Source: a virus
Taxonomy: Duplodnaviria > Caudoviricetes
Strand: one strand, 5' to 3'
IMG/VR virus record: IMGVR_UViG_3300017720_000003
Span: 13,451-77,450 of that record
DNA length: 64,000 nt
A program made the translations under genes and the position numbers. This document shows, piece after piece, positions 30,329-40,704 of the stretch. The notes beneath the pieces are model-generated. The model did not search any database and had not been told where the DNA came from. It saw only the letters and a program-made list of their open reading frames with translations. Every line of letters begins with the position of its first letter. Position 1 is the stretch's first letter.

Positions 30329-30895
30329 TTATTTTTCAAATTCATTATAATACTTTAATGCTTTATTGGTCTCCTCAAAGTTTTCATCATATAAATGAGC
30401 AACTCTGTATTTATTTTTCATTACTACATATTTTGTCCAATTGGTTGGGTATAGTTTAGCAACAGACCTTTTAAAATCTCTACATGCTACAAAACGCCAT
30501 AGTTCTCTATTTTTGAATCTATATTTTGTAGAATAATTTGTATAAAATATCTTTCCTAAATTACCATCTGTTTCCCAATTTTTATTTTGTAATACTTTAC
30601 CATATTGTTTTGATAATGCATAATCTGTATTAACTGACTTAGATGGTTTACAGGTTCCTATAAATAAGAAACCAAGTGAGTCAGGTAATTCTACACCATC
30701 TCTATTTTCTATAACAGTATTCCAAATTTTAACATTATATAATTTTATAATCTTTTTTAATTTGACATTATCAATATCAGAGTACATAGGTTTTTTATCC
30801 TTAAACTCTCTTATTGTTTCTTCATTCAATAAACCCAATCTTTTTTCTCTATATCTTGGAGCATTAAGATTAGGCTTTTTAAAATTATTAATCAT
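30329..30895 (-). CDS. HU/IHF-like DNA-binding protein (188 aa)
   Basis: Basic. GVELPDSLGFLFIG...RFVACRDFKRSV resembles the IHF-like gene conserved in the crAss tail module. Confidence 0.6.
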   Translation of the reverse strand: MINNFKKPNLNAPRYREKRLGLLNEETIREFKDKKPMYSDIDNVKLKKIIKLYNVKIWNTVIENRDGVELPDSLGFLFIGTCKPSKSVNTDYALSKQYGKVLQNKNWETDGNLGKIFYTNYSTKYRFKNRELWRFVACRDFKRSVAKLYPTNWTKYVVMKNKYRVAHLYDENFEETNKALKYYNEFEK

Positions 30896-30953
30896 ATGTC
30901 TACATTTATAATTTACAAAAAAAACCCCACTAAATGAAATTTAACAGGAGTCT

Positions 30954-32174
30954 TTATAATACTTGATGTGCAAATTCTGCTATATTACCTAAAGATGGGT
31001 GTTGAAGCTCTAATTTTCCTGACCTTCTATTGCCTACATATTTATTAGAATAATGGTAATAATCAGTTTTTCCTAAACTAGGCAGTGTTTTTTCTATAAA
31101 ACCAGCTGTCTCATTAGATGTCATATATTCTACTTTTCTATCCGTATGTATATGACCTTTAAATAAAGTTCTGTTTATTGTTTCTCCCCATTCTCTAGGA
31201 TATTCACTTGCATAAATTAATGGATTATTTTTACTTCTTTTATCTCCATGTTCAAATGCATTAAAATTATTATGCCACACATGTACTTTTCTTTCTTCAT
31301 ATTTTATATCCCAAATAATTTCATCACTTTTAATTGACTGAGATAATGCATGAACTAAATGAAATGAAGATAACCTATCATGATTACCAGGGACATAAAC
31401 TATAACTAGTTCTTTACAAAAACGTTTTATATATCCAATGGCCCAATGCATTGCGTCAAAGGCCTGTATATATGCCTCTGTAGCTGTCATACAGTTATCC
31501 AATGGTGTTCCTGATGTAGTTGTACCATCAAAGGTATCCATGTTTATTAAATCACCTCCAATTACAAAAAACATTTTTTCAATATAATGAGATGGTGTTG
31601 CTCTTGATAATAAATTTATAATAGTTTTTTCAAAGTCATCATCTATAGTATCATTACCTTGTTTACCAAAATGAATATCTTGTAAAGACATTACACCACA
31701 AACCACTTCACCTTTATTCTGTAAATTTGTTTTAGGTAAATTATATGTTTTAGGTTTCCAATTTTTAAGAAGATCTTCAAAATGTTTTTCTTCTAGATTT
31801 TTTATTTGTGAAACTAAAGCAGATACCCTCCAATGGTCACCCATTTGTTTATTCCAATATTGTGATAACTTCCATTTATTTGTATCTATCTTTAATAATG
31901 AAATTATTTCTTCAGCACTTTTGGGTTCATAATCAAATGTTCCTGATATTTTACCTTCACCTTTTTCTAAATCAATTGATTCAACTAATTGAGAATTTTC
32001 AGCAGCATTTTTAAAAAATCTACTTTTCTTTTTTTCCTTCTTTCTTTCTTTTAATATTTGTTTTTTTATTTTAACATATTCTTCTTCAGAAACGCCTATT
32101 CTTTCAGCACTAATACGTGGATTTTTTTTCCACCTCAATGATTCTAATATTCTTTGTTTTAAGTAATTTGACAT
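30954..32174 (-). CDS. Calcineurin-like metallophosphoesterase with basic N-terminal region (406 aa)
   Basis: Full motif set: DIHFG, GGDL, PGNHD, EHGD, GHIH. Confidence 0.88.
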   Translation of the reverse strand: MSNYLKQRILESLRWKKNPRISAERIGVSEEEYVKIKKQILKERKKEKKKSRFFKNAAENSQLVESIDLEKGEGKISGTFDYEPKSAEEIISLLKIDTNKWKLSQYWNKQMGDHWRVSALVSQIKNLEEKHFEDLLKNWKPKTYNLPKTNLQNKGEVVCGVMSLQDIHFGKQGNDTIDDDFEKTIINLLSRATPSHYIEKMFFVIGGDLINMDTFDGTTTSGTPLDNCMTATEAYIQAFDAMHWAIGYIKRFCKELVIVYVPGNHDRLSSFHLVHALSQSIKSDEIIWDIKYEERKVHVWHNNFNAFEHGDKRSKNNPLIYASEYPREWGETINRTLFKGHIHTDRKVEYMTSNETAGFIEKTLPSLGKTDYYHYSNKYVGNRRSGKLELQHPSLGNIAEFAHQVL

Positions 32175-32236
32175 AAAAAAATTTTTGTGGTTGTTGTAAA
32201 AATACGTATAATTAATTTAAAGTAAATAAATTTTAT

Positions 32237-32266
32237 AAAAAAAGAGACTGAGTCACCCCAGTCTCT
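32237..32266 (-). terminator. Rho-independent terminator
   Basis: Minus strand GAGACTGGG-GTGA-CTCAGTCTC (GNRA loop) followed by TTTTTTT. Confidence 0.85.
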
Positions 32267-32315
32267 CCCAACGTTTGTAGTAGAAAAACCAACAAACCAC
32301 CACTTGTTGTTTCTT

Positions 32316-32876
32316 TTAAGCTGCTAAAGTAGAAAATAATATTTCTATTGGTTTACAACTAGCACTATTACCATTATCAACTACTTTGACTTTATATGCA
32401 GTTGATGCTGTTAAATTAGTTATTTTAAAATTATTTATTGTAGTTACTATTGGTGTAGAGTTTTGAAGCACCCAACCTCCTGGTGCAATTTGAGTATCAA
32501 TATAAATATTTACACCTGTACTAGAACTCCATATACCATTCCATAATACTTCTGCAGAATCTTTAGTAATAGTTCCTGCATATACATTATATGGATCATG
32601 TTGTAAATCAGCAGAAGTACATGCACCTAACCCATTTGATAATATCATAGCATATTTTTGTATAATAGAATCTAATCTTTCACCAGAAGTTATAACTATT
32701 TGACTACCGGTTGCACCAATTTGAAAAGATGTGCCTGTATAACTAACACATGATGCACTTTGTATATCATCGCACCTCTCACTACCTACACTACAATCAG
32801 TATAAGTACATGGATTAGTTAATGCTGTATCAGCACAGCTACATTTTTGACTACATTTTGTACAATTACATGCCAT
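32316..32876 (-). CDS. Cys-rich virion protein with C-terminal fibronectin type III domain (186 aa)
   Basis: 9 Cys in the first 43 aa. ITNLTASTAYKVKV is an FN3 signature. Confidence 0.7.
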   Translation of the reverse strand: MACNCTKCSQKCSCADTALTNPCTYTDCSVGSERCDDIQSASCVSYTGTSFQIGATGSQIVITSGERLDSIIQKYAMILSNGLGACTSADLQHDPYNVYAGTITKDSAEVLWNGIWSSSTGVNIYIDTQIAPGGWVLQNSTPIVTTINNFKITNLTASTAYKVKVVDNGNSASCKPIEILFSTLAA

Positions 32877-32896
32877 TTTTTTTATTTTTTATTTTA

Positions 32897-35107
32897 TTAA
32901 GTACAAGCTGCTAGTATTTGACTATTTATAGTTGCAGTGCTAAATGTGTTATTAAACGCTCCACCTGTTTGAGTAGCTAAATATCTCCATGGGAATACTG
33001 CAGCTTGACCTGGAGGTGTGTAAGTTAAGTCAACACCAGGACCTAAAATAAATATTTTAACTCCTTGAGTTAAAGCTTGTGTTGCTAATGTTTGAATAAA
33101 TGTCCAATCATTTGCATCAAAATCTCCATCATCACCACCTGGCAATTCGTCTGTACCAACAATAATATATTTAGCAACATTAGCTCTCCATGCATTAGCA
33201 AAGCTATTATTTAATACTCTATTAATAGCTTGGTCTGTACATTCCGGACCTGTAGATCCACCATAACCCATTTGTACACATGCTCCTGATCCACCACCAT
33301 TTAATAAATTTAATGCTGTTGTTGCAGTTGTTGCATTATTATCTTGGAACATTTCCCAAGCAGTAATAAATAATTGATGATTATTATTACCTGGGTAATT
33401 TAATCTTTGTGCTGCTGGTAAACTTGTATATTCTGTACAACCACTATAATTTGGTGTAGTACTAGTATTATCCTCATCTGCTGTAACAATAGACAGTCTA
33501 TAATTATTTGCTCCAGATGAAGTAGATATAGTATTAATTAATGATGCAAAACCAGTTTGTAATGTAGATATATCGGTACCCATTGAACCTGAATAATCCA
33601 TAATGAAAGCTACATCCATACCATCAGAACATCCTGCAGCTGCAGTGCTTGTGTTAAATGCTTGTTGTGTTGAAGTACAAACTTGTGTTGCTCCATTAAA
33701 TTGTACAGTTAATCTTGCAGTATATGCTGTACCAGGAGTTAATCCAGTTAGTGTTCTTGACTCACTAGTTGTTGGATTAGTTACTTGAGCTGTTGCTACT
33801 ACTACATTTGCACCGTCTATAATATCAATTGTGTAAATAGCTGTTGTGCCTAATAAATTACTAAAAGTTACAGTCACTTCTGTTGATGTTATAGCTGATG
33901 TAACCGGTGTTGAACAAGGTACTAGACCTGTAATTACACTGCTTTGATTATTTGAACATGTGTCTGTACCATCTACAAAACTATAATTAACAGTTACACT
34001 AAGATCTTGTGCAGTATTTAATGCACCGGTACTAAATAAATATCCAGCTGCATTATTTTGTAAAGATGTTACACTTACTGTAGTAGATAATGAAGTTCCC
34101 GTTACATCTGTTAAAGTTATTAATGTATATCCTGATGCATCTGTAAAAGTTGATGGTATACTTGAACCTATAAAATTAAATAAAATACCATTAATTAAAC
34201 CGCTAGAGGCAAAAGAATTGCTTGTTGTATAATTATATACTATTGCATCACAACCACCAGGACAACAGTTTGTTTGAATAGATGCAACTGCTGTATATAG
34301 ATCATCAATAACTACCCATGCATTTTGAACAGATTGTGCTAATGTTGATGCACTATTATTCCACCCACTTATACTACCATATGATACACTTGAATCTGTT
34401 AAGCTATTACTTGAACCTGTAATTACACTTTGATTTATTGCTAAATTAATTGCAGATGGTAAACCTACTGCAGTTTGTAATGAACAAAATGCAGTTTCTA
34501 ATGCAAGTACTACTACTGATACATTAGTTAATTGACCAACATTGCTTACACAAGTTGGTATAATTTGTGCCTCTACAACACCACCACTACATGGTAATAC
34601 GCAAGCTTCTAAAACATCTATTCTTGTATCTAAACTAGTTAGTGTAGTATTAATAGTATTTATACTTGCTAAATTTGTACATACTTGATTTGCTATAAGC
34701 GTAGCAAAAGCATCTAAACGTAATTCAGTTACAGGATTACCACTTGCATCATTATATTGTAAACAAGCTGGTAATACCATCATAGGTAGCGTAGTAGTAG
34801 TACCACCACTTGATGATGCGTTTGCACAAATTTGAGTAACCATAGCCTGAAGTACAGGAACTAAAGTTGTAGGTGTTTGACCTTGTATATTTAAACAACT
34901 TAAATCTAATCCTGTTAAACTTGGATTAGCTGTTACTCCATCTGTAATTATTTGACATACCTTATCCCCAATCTTTTTAGTTACCTCACTGATTGTGTCT
35001 CCACTGCATAGGTCTATACATGCAATATCCGGTCCTTGCCATACTACACAATTGGATGATATATTATCACACCCATTAGTGCTTATACTTGAATTAGTTG
35101 GGATCAT
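32897..35107 (-). CDS. Cys-rich structural protein with FN3 and VWA domains (736 aa)
   Basis: N-terminal SSNCVVWQGPDIACIDLCSGD, FN3 LTGLTPGTAYTARL, and VWA MDVAFIMDYSGSM...GTDE (MIDAS). Confidence 0.78.
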   Translation of the reverse strand: MIPTNSSISTNGCDNISSNCVVWQGPDIACIDLCSGDTISEVTKKIGDKVCQIITDGVTANPSLTGLDLSCLNIQGQTPTTLVPVLQAMVTQICANASSSGGTTTTLPMMVLPACLQYNDASGNPVTELRLDAFATLIANQVCTNLASINTINTTLTSLDTRIDVLEACVLPCSGGVVEAQIIPTCVSNVGQLTNVSVVVLALETAFCSLQTAVGLPSAINLAINQSVITGSSNSLTDSSVSYGSISGWNNSASTLAQSVQNAWVVIDDLYTAVASIQTNCCPGGCDAIVYNYTTSNSFASSGLINGILFNFIGSSIPSTFTDASGYTLITLTDVTGTSLSTTVSVTSLQNNAAGYLFSTGALNTAQDLSVTVNYSFVDGTDTCSNNQSSVITGLVPCSTPVTSAITSTEVTVTFSNLLGTTAIYTIDIIDGANVVVATAQVTNPTTSESRTLTGLTPGTAYTARLTVQFNGATQVCTSTQQAFNTSTAAAGCSDGMDVAFIMDYSGSMGTDISTLQTGFASLINTISTSSGANNYRLSIVTADEDNTSTTPNYSGCTEYTSLPAAQRLNYPGNNNHQLFITAWEMFQDNNATTATTALNLLNGGGSGACVQMGYGGSTGPECTDQAINRVLNNSFANAWRANVAKYIIVGTDELPGGDDGDFDANDWTFIQTLATQALTQGVKIFILGPGVDLTYTPPGQAAVFPWRYLATQTGGAFNNTFSTATINSQILAACT

Positions 35108-35157
35108 AAATATTTTTTTAAATTATAAAGTACTAATTGGTTAAAGACTGTACAATT

Positions 35158-35168
35158 ATAATATACAA
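35158..35168 (-). promoter_or_regulatory. Putative late promoter motif
   Basis: Minus strand TTGTATATTAT upstream of the 736-aa VWA gene. Confidence 0.55.
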
Positions 35169-35237
35169 AAATTTTTAAAAGCAAACAAGAAGTCTGCTCT
35201 TAAAAATTTTTAAGATTATTTATGTAAGAGAAAAAGT

Positions 35238-35495
35238 TTAAGCTTGTTCTTCTTCTATTTCTTTGATATTACCTGTAGCTAAATCTACATTAACTTTACC
35301 ATATTTTTCTTCTAATGTATTTGCATTAGCAGACCATTCTTCTTGCACTTGAACATGTTTAGTTAAAAGTTGAGATTTTACTACTTCAGCATTACCAATT
35401 TGTGCAAGTATATTAGTAATTTCTTTTTGTAATTTTGTAAGAGTTTCTAATTCTGCTTTAGAAATCTTATTTGGTTTTTTTGCTTTTGCTGCCAT
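35238..35495 (-). CDS. Small coiled-coil protein (85 aa), possible fibre-associated/chaperone
   Basis: Intact ORF with heptad pattern, ending LEEKYGKVNVDLATG, downstream of the fibre gene. Confidence 0.55.
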   Translation of the reverse strand: MAAKAKKPNKISKAELETLTKLQKEITNILAQIGNAEVVKSQLLTKHVQVQEEWSANANTLEEKYGKVNVDLATGNIKEIEEEQA

Positions 35496-35566
35496 TTTTA
35501 AAATTTTATATTAATTATATATAGACAAATATAATAAAATAACTTTAATACTAAAAAAAAATAATA

Positions 35567-35884
35567 CTATTCTGTATAAGTAAACTTTAAAACTTCATAT
35601 TCTTGTTTAGCTAAATCAGTTACTTCATTTATACAAGCTTCTGTTAATTGATCTGAATAAGGCTTAGTCCATTCTATTACTTGAGCTTTAAACTCAGGTG
35701 TGTCTGCCCATTCAATAAAATTATCTTTATCAAAAGGTATATATTGCACTCCATTCATATTATGTGTATATGTACCATCCGTTGCTGAAACATCAAAGCT
35801 AATAGATGTAATAACGTGATCTTTTCCTTCTAAAGACTTTTTAGCATCTATGTTTGTAATTTCTATTGTTGTTGTAATTGCCAT
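35567..35884 (-). CDS. Small tail-fibre-associated protein (105 aa)
   Basis: Directly follows the long fibre gene. Pattern ITNID...V...ATDGT...FIEW...VIEW is common next to phage fibre genes. Confidence 0.55.
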   Translation of the reverse strand: MAITTTIEITNIDAKKSLEGKDHVITSISFDVSATDGTYTHNMNGVQYIPFDKDNFIEWADTPEFKAQVIEWTKPYSDQLTEACINEVTDLAKQEYEVLKFTYTE

Positions 35885-35890
35885 AATTTA

Positions 35891-38800
35891 TTAAGTTAAA
35901 GTTTGGTCTACGTTGTTTCTAAATATATCTAAATCTATTAATGAATATTCTACTGTAATATACCATGTTGGTTGGGTTGATAAAGTTGAATTCAACATTA
36001 ATTTTACAGGTGCTCCTAAACCTCCTAAAGCTTCGTTTTGAGGATTACTAAGGCCATAAAGCTGGTGAGCGTTATAATACCAAGCTCCACTACCGTTTAT
36101 AATAACAGTTCTTGCTACACCTCCTAAAATTGCATATACACCATTTTGTTGTTGCTGTACAAATTCAACAGGGTAAGTACTTGTTGACCACCCTTGACCT
36201 ATAGTACTACCCGCTTTGTGAACAAATATATTTTTCACTATTAATACTTGATCATTATCTGGTGTTGGCGTTACATTAACTCCATTAGAAGAACCAGTAC
36301 TTGTTGGCCAACCACCAGTTTCTATTTTAGTGGTATATAATCTTGTTGCCATTAATACTTTTCCAGTTGTTCCAAATCCAGCGGTGGATCTTAACAAACC
36401 AACGTTTGTTTCACCTCCCATATAATTACCAGCGTTAGATGGAGTATAATTACCCATCTTAACATAATATGGGCTTGAACCTGATACAAAAAAGTTTTGC
36501 TCTGTAGTTGCACCAATGTTTAGTTCATTTCTTGCTCTAAACGTACCATTAACATCAAATGCAGAACCAGGTGTTTCAGTTCTAAATCCAACTTTTCTAC
36601 CAACAGGATCTATATATAGAGTAGAAGTACTAGCACCATCTGGTCCAAAATATGTTTCTCCATTACCTCTAATTTTAAATCTTTCATTAGCACCACTAGT
36701 TTGAATTTTAAATGAAGCATTTTCTTGATTTGTTATTGTAAAATTTGAAGTACCTCTATGAATAATTTCAGAAGATGTATTTGCACCACCATTACCTCTG
36801 ATTATCCTTAATCCATAATCACTGTAAGTAGCATCACCTACTAAATCAATATAAGCATAACCATTATTAGTTCTGCCTTTACCTAACTCTATAGTATATT
36901 CTGATGCATTAGCACTCCCTCCTAGTTGAAGAGTTTGTCCACTCCATAAAAAGTCTGCTTCTGAAGTTATACCAGTGCTTGAATTCCAAAATGCAACTCT
37001 ACCTGATGCTCCAGTACCAGTTACAGTTCCACTTCCTGTCCCCGCTCCTATAAAAGCTCTAATAGCAGAAGGACTACTACAGTATCTTGTATAGTTATCT
37101 GTACTATTATTAACTCTAAAGGCAATTGCTCCAGATATTGTAGATTGATTAGCGTAAGTAGCTCTAAACAATCTTGCAGCAATATCAGCAGAACTATTTC
37201 TATAAGCAATAGTATTTGCTGCATCACTAGTTGATGCGTTTGAAGTTACTGTGAACGTAGTGTTACCAGTTTGATTTGCAGTTGCATCCATTGAACCACT
37301 TAAACCAAGACCTGCAGTTCTACCATCTATTTGACCATTTCCAGGAGTTGATCCTGCATTATCATCAACATACTGTTTATTTGCAGCGTCATTACTATTA
37401 GTTGGAGTTTCAAGATTTATAATCTTATTAGTGTCCATATCTATTGAAGAATCTGGTTTCCCAAATCTATTCATAGGTATATCTTCTATTTGTACTTTTT
37501 CAACTTGATCATTAGCAATTCCAGGATTAGAGTCTGCCATAAGAATATATGGCGTATAAGGTGCAGTAGATATTGAGCTACCCCAAGCATTAGCACTAAA
37601 AATTAAATTGTCACTACCTGTACTATAGTCTACACTAACTGTACCAGTGCCTGTTATTGTTCCACCCGTAAGTCCATTACCAGTTGCAACGCTTGTTACT
37701 CCTGAACTTGTTACATATCTACCATCTAAGTCTACCGTAACTGCACTAAGACCACTTCTATTAAGTGTTAATACTCCGTTACTTGTATTAAATGACGCAC
37801 TTGATACATAGTTATTTGATCCACTATCATCAGTCCAAGATGCAGTTAGTGTACCACCATCTTGTTGTGTAGCAGTTAATGTTTTTGTAGTAGTACCTGT
37901 AACAGCTAAACTATTAATTTTATCATTATATGCAGCATCCCAGTTTGTATTAGTTACATTAGATAATACTCCAGAGTTAGACAGTCTAATAGTACCAGCT
38001 GTATATATAGCAGAATCTACAAAATCTGAAATAGTACCTCCTTTTATTATTAAAGGATACTTGTCAAATGCAGAACCTTGATAATCATTAACAAAAAATA
38101 CAAATCTATCATTTGTAGTTGCATTATCTCTTAATTCAAATGTTAAATCAATTGAATCACTTGATGGTTGTATTGCATAAATTCTTGCACCATCATTATT
38201 TAATGTCCAATCAAATCCTTTTCCTGAAGTTGGGAAAGTACCTGCTGTATCTACAAACTTTAGATCTGCAGTATTAGCCATTGTTAAATCATTACTAAAT
38301 GTCTTTGCGCCTGCAATTGTTTGTGTGCCTGAAGTTCTTACTACAGTACTATCTAATTGAATAGTTCCTGATCCTGTTATTGTACCTCCTGTGATACCAT
38401 TTGTAGTGGCCACAGATGTTACACCTGAACTTGAGCTTGTTCCTGCCCCTATAAGAGTTCTTACCTCTGCTGCAGTGATACCAGTATTTAATGTTGGTGT
38501 GCTACCGTTAGATAGAATAGCAGGAGTACCTGTATCATTAATAACACCTAAATTAGTTCTTGCTGCTGCAGCTGAACTTGCCCCTGTACCACCATTTGCT
38601 ACAGATAAATCTGTACCTGACCAATCTGAATTATTAATAGAAAGTGTACCGCCCAATGTTAAATTACCAGAACTTGTTACAGTACCAGTAAGAGTAATTC
38701 CATTGACAGAACCTGTAGTACCAACACTAGTAACTGTACCTTGCGGATTACTAAATGATGTAGTTAAACTACCACCGTCTTGTTGCGTAAGGGTTAATGT

Positions 38801-40624
38801 TATTGTAGAAGAACCTGAATCAGTAAATCCTGTTATTTTGTTGTCATATGCATCAGACCATTGATCAGAAGTATTTCCATTAACTGTTAGTACATCACTT
38901 ACAGAATTCCAAGTCATTTGACTATCACTTGTAATATTTGATGCGCTATTCCAAAAGGCTACTCTACCAGATGAACCACTACCTGTTACATTACCTACTT
39001 GAGAGTTGTCAATCTTAGTCCATGTTGTATTAGCAAATACAGCCCAATCCCCTATTGCCCAATCTGTAATGCCATCTAAGTTTGTGCTACCTGCAACAGA
39101 TACTATATAATAGTCTCCCGATGTACCCGTACCACTTGATAAAGATGGTGAATTCGTACTTGCATTCCATGTTCCATCAAATTTTAACACTCCTGTTACA
39201 GCTGTATCAATAGCGGATTGTATTTGTGATCCTGTTGCTAAATTAAAAGAATTACTACTTACTGCAGCAGTTATTGTAGATATTGTTGATGTTGTACCAC
39301 TGGCTACTGATATTGTAGATAAATTACCTGAGTTTATTTGATTAACTTGACCTGTAGCTCCAGTTGTTACTCCTGTTACCCTTCCATATGCATCTACTGT
39401 AATATTATCTATTTTAGTACTGTTAGATGTAGAACCATAAGTTCCAGCTCCAACGCCACCAGTGGCCATGTTAATAGTAATTGTTTCATTACTACTCTGA
39501 TTAGTTGTAAAATCTCCACCAGTAGTTAAATTTGTACCTGCTTGTATAGTTATAGTAGAATTGTATACTGTTGGAACATTAGATGATAAAGCATATCTGC
39601 CATCCAAATCAACTGTAACTGCACTCAAACCAGATCTATTTAACGTAAGAACACCATTACCTGTGGAAAATGAAGCGCTTGATAAATAGTTGTTAGTATT
39701 AATCATAGTCTGAAGTTGTCCTATCTCCAGTAGTTGATTTATATTATTTACATCATCATTATTATGAAGTATCATAGAAAGAGAACCAGTATCAGCAGAA
39801 CCTGGAGTACCTGTATAATTAGGTAAACTTTCTGGGTCAAGACCAACGGTAGCTGTACCACCTGAGTAAGAAAGACGTAGACCATCATAAGTTCCTGCTC
39901 CATTTACATTAACATTACCTGCACCTATTGCAGATGCAGTTGCTGTAGTAATACTTATTGTTCCAGATCCTGTGATTGTTCCACCTTGTATTGGAGAAGT
40001 TGTGGCTATTGATGTAACAGATCCACTACCAGTTCCAGCTCCAATATCTGAACGAACTTGTGCACCAGTTCTGTATTTAATCACACCATTGTCTGCTACT
40101 ACAAACTTATCAGTATCGGTAGAGGCGTTTGCTATGTTATCTAATGAAAGTTCACCATTTATAAGTAAAGTATTTGATATATAAGCAGTTCCATTTACAT
40201 CTAAATTATATGCAGGTAATTCAAAATCACTTAAAGGATTTATAAGTATTGCTCCTGTAGCTGAGTTATTTGTACCAATAGCAGAAACATTAACTGCATG
40301 AATAAATGCACCTGAACCATTACCTTTATTAGCAGATAAAGTTAATATAGACTGATTGTTTGATGCATCTGCTATTCTTGAGTAAATAGCATTATAAGTA
40401 AGTGGAGTCCCTGAACTTGGTACCATACCATTCTTACCCTTATACTCTACAACACCCAAGGTGTCTGAATCAGCAATAGCAGCATTTCTATATAAAACGA
40501 TATCTGGTGCAGATGCCGAAGATGTGTCCGTTGAAGTTAATATTAAATTGTCAGTAACTCCACTTGTAGCAATAGTTACATTACCAGTGATTGCTTGACC
40601 ATTTAAAAAATTAATGTTTGCCAT
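35891..40624 (-). CDS. Long tail fibre / receptor-binding protein (1577 aa)
   Basis: Thr/Gly/Ser-rich with repeated GxVTSV segments, GTQTIAGAKTF, IINLETPTNSNDAANKQYVD, KVGFRTETPGSAFDVNG and a GTWNASTNSP domain. Confidence 0.85.
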   Translation of the reverse strand: MANINFLNGQAITGNVTIATSGVTDNLILTSTDTSSASAPDIVLYRNAAIADSDTLGVVEYKGKNGMVPSSGTPLTYNAIYSRIADASNNQSILTLSANKGNGSGAFIHAVNVSAIGTNNSATGAILINPLSDFELPAYNLDVNGTAYISNTLLINGELSLDNIANASTDTDKFVVADNGVIKYRTGAQVRSDIGAGTGSGSVTSIATTSPIQGGTITGSGTISITTATASAIGAGNVNVNGAGTYDGLRLSYSGGTATVGLDPESLPNYTGTPGSADTGSLSMILHNNDDVNNINQLLEIGQLQTMINTNNYLSSASFSTGNGVLTLNRSGLSAVTVDLDGRYALSSNVPTVYNSTITIQAGTNLTTGGDFTTNQSSNETITINMATGGVGAGTYGSTSNSTKIDNITVDAYGRVTGVTTGATGQVNQINSGNLSTISVASGTTSTISTITAAVSSNSFNLATGSQIQSAIDTAVTGVLKFDGTWNASTNSPSLSSGTGTSGDYYIVSVAGSTNLDGITDWAIGDWAVFANTTWTKIDNSQVGNVTGSGSSGRVAFWNSASNITSDSQMTWNSVSDVLTVNGNTSDQWSDAYDNKITGFTDSGSSTITLTLTQQDGGSLTTSFSNPQGTVTSVGTTGSVNGITLTGTVTSSGNLTLGGTLSINNSDWSGTDLSVANGGTGASSAAAARTNLGVINDTGTPAILSNGSTPTLNTGITAAEVRTLIGAGTSSSSGVTSVATTNGITGGTITGSGTIQLDSTVVRTSGTQTIAGAKTFSNDLTMANTADLKFVDTAGTFPTSGKGFDWTLNNDGARIYAIQPSSDSIDLTFELRDNATTNDRFVFFVNDYQGSAFDKYPLIIKGGTISDFVDSAIYTAGTIRLSNSGVLSNVTNTNWDAAYNDKINSLAVTGTTTKTLTATQQDGGTLTASWTDDSGSNNYVSSASFNTSNGVLTLNRSGLSAVTVDLDGRYVTSSGVTSVATGNGLTGGTITGTGTVSVDYSTGSDNLIFSANAWGSSISTAPYTPYILMADSNPGIANDQVEKVQIEDIPMNRFGKPDSSIDMDTNKIINLETPTNSNDAANKQYVDDNAGSTPGNGQIDGRTAGLGLSGSMDATANQTGNTTFTVTSNASTSDAANTIAYRNSSADIAARLFRATYANQSTISGAIAFRVNNSTDNYTRYCSSPSAIRAFIGAGTGSGTVTGTGASGRVAFWNSSTGITSEADFLWSGQTLQLGGSANASEYTIELGKGRTNNGYAYIDLVGDATYSDYGLRIIRGNGGANTSSEIIHRGTSNFTITNQENASFKIQTSGANERFKIRGNGETYFGPDGASTSTLYIDPVGRKVGFRTETPGSAFDVNGTFRARNELNIGATTEQNFFVSGSSPYYVKMGNYTPSNAGNYMGGETNVGLLRSTAGFGTTGKVLMATRLYTTKIETGGWPTSTGSSNGVNVTPTPDNDQVLIVKNIFVHKAGSTIGQGWSTSTYPVEFVQQQQNGVYAILGGVARTVIINGSGAWYYNAHQLYGLSNPQNEALGGLGAPVKLMLNSTLSTQPTWYITVEYSLIDLDIFRNNVDQTLT
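37715..39693 (-). repeat. Duplicated fibre module NNYxSSASFxTxNGVLTLNRSGLSAVTVDLDGRY (copies at ~37715-37816 and ~39593-39693)
   Basis: Near-identical peptide in two places with many synonymous DNA differences. Confidence 0.85.
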
Positions 40625-40704
40625 TTATCCTACTTTTAATTTCAAATGTACAAAAATTAAAGTATTAATTAAAATACTTTAACCCTTGTAATTTTATGTT
40701 ATGT

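Noticed and set aside
37715..39693. Diversity-generating retroelement TR/VR pair
   Set aside because: Both copies are in-frame coding, differences are mostly synonymous and not adenine-specific, and no reverse transcriptase is in the window.
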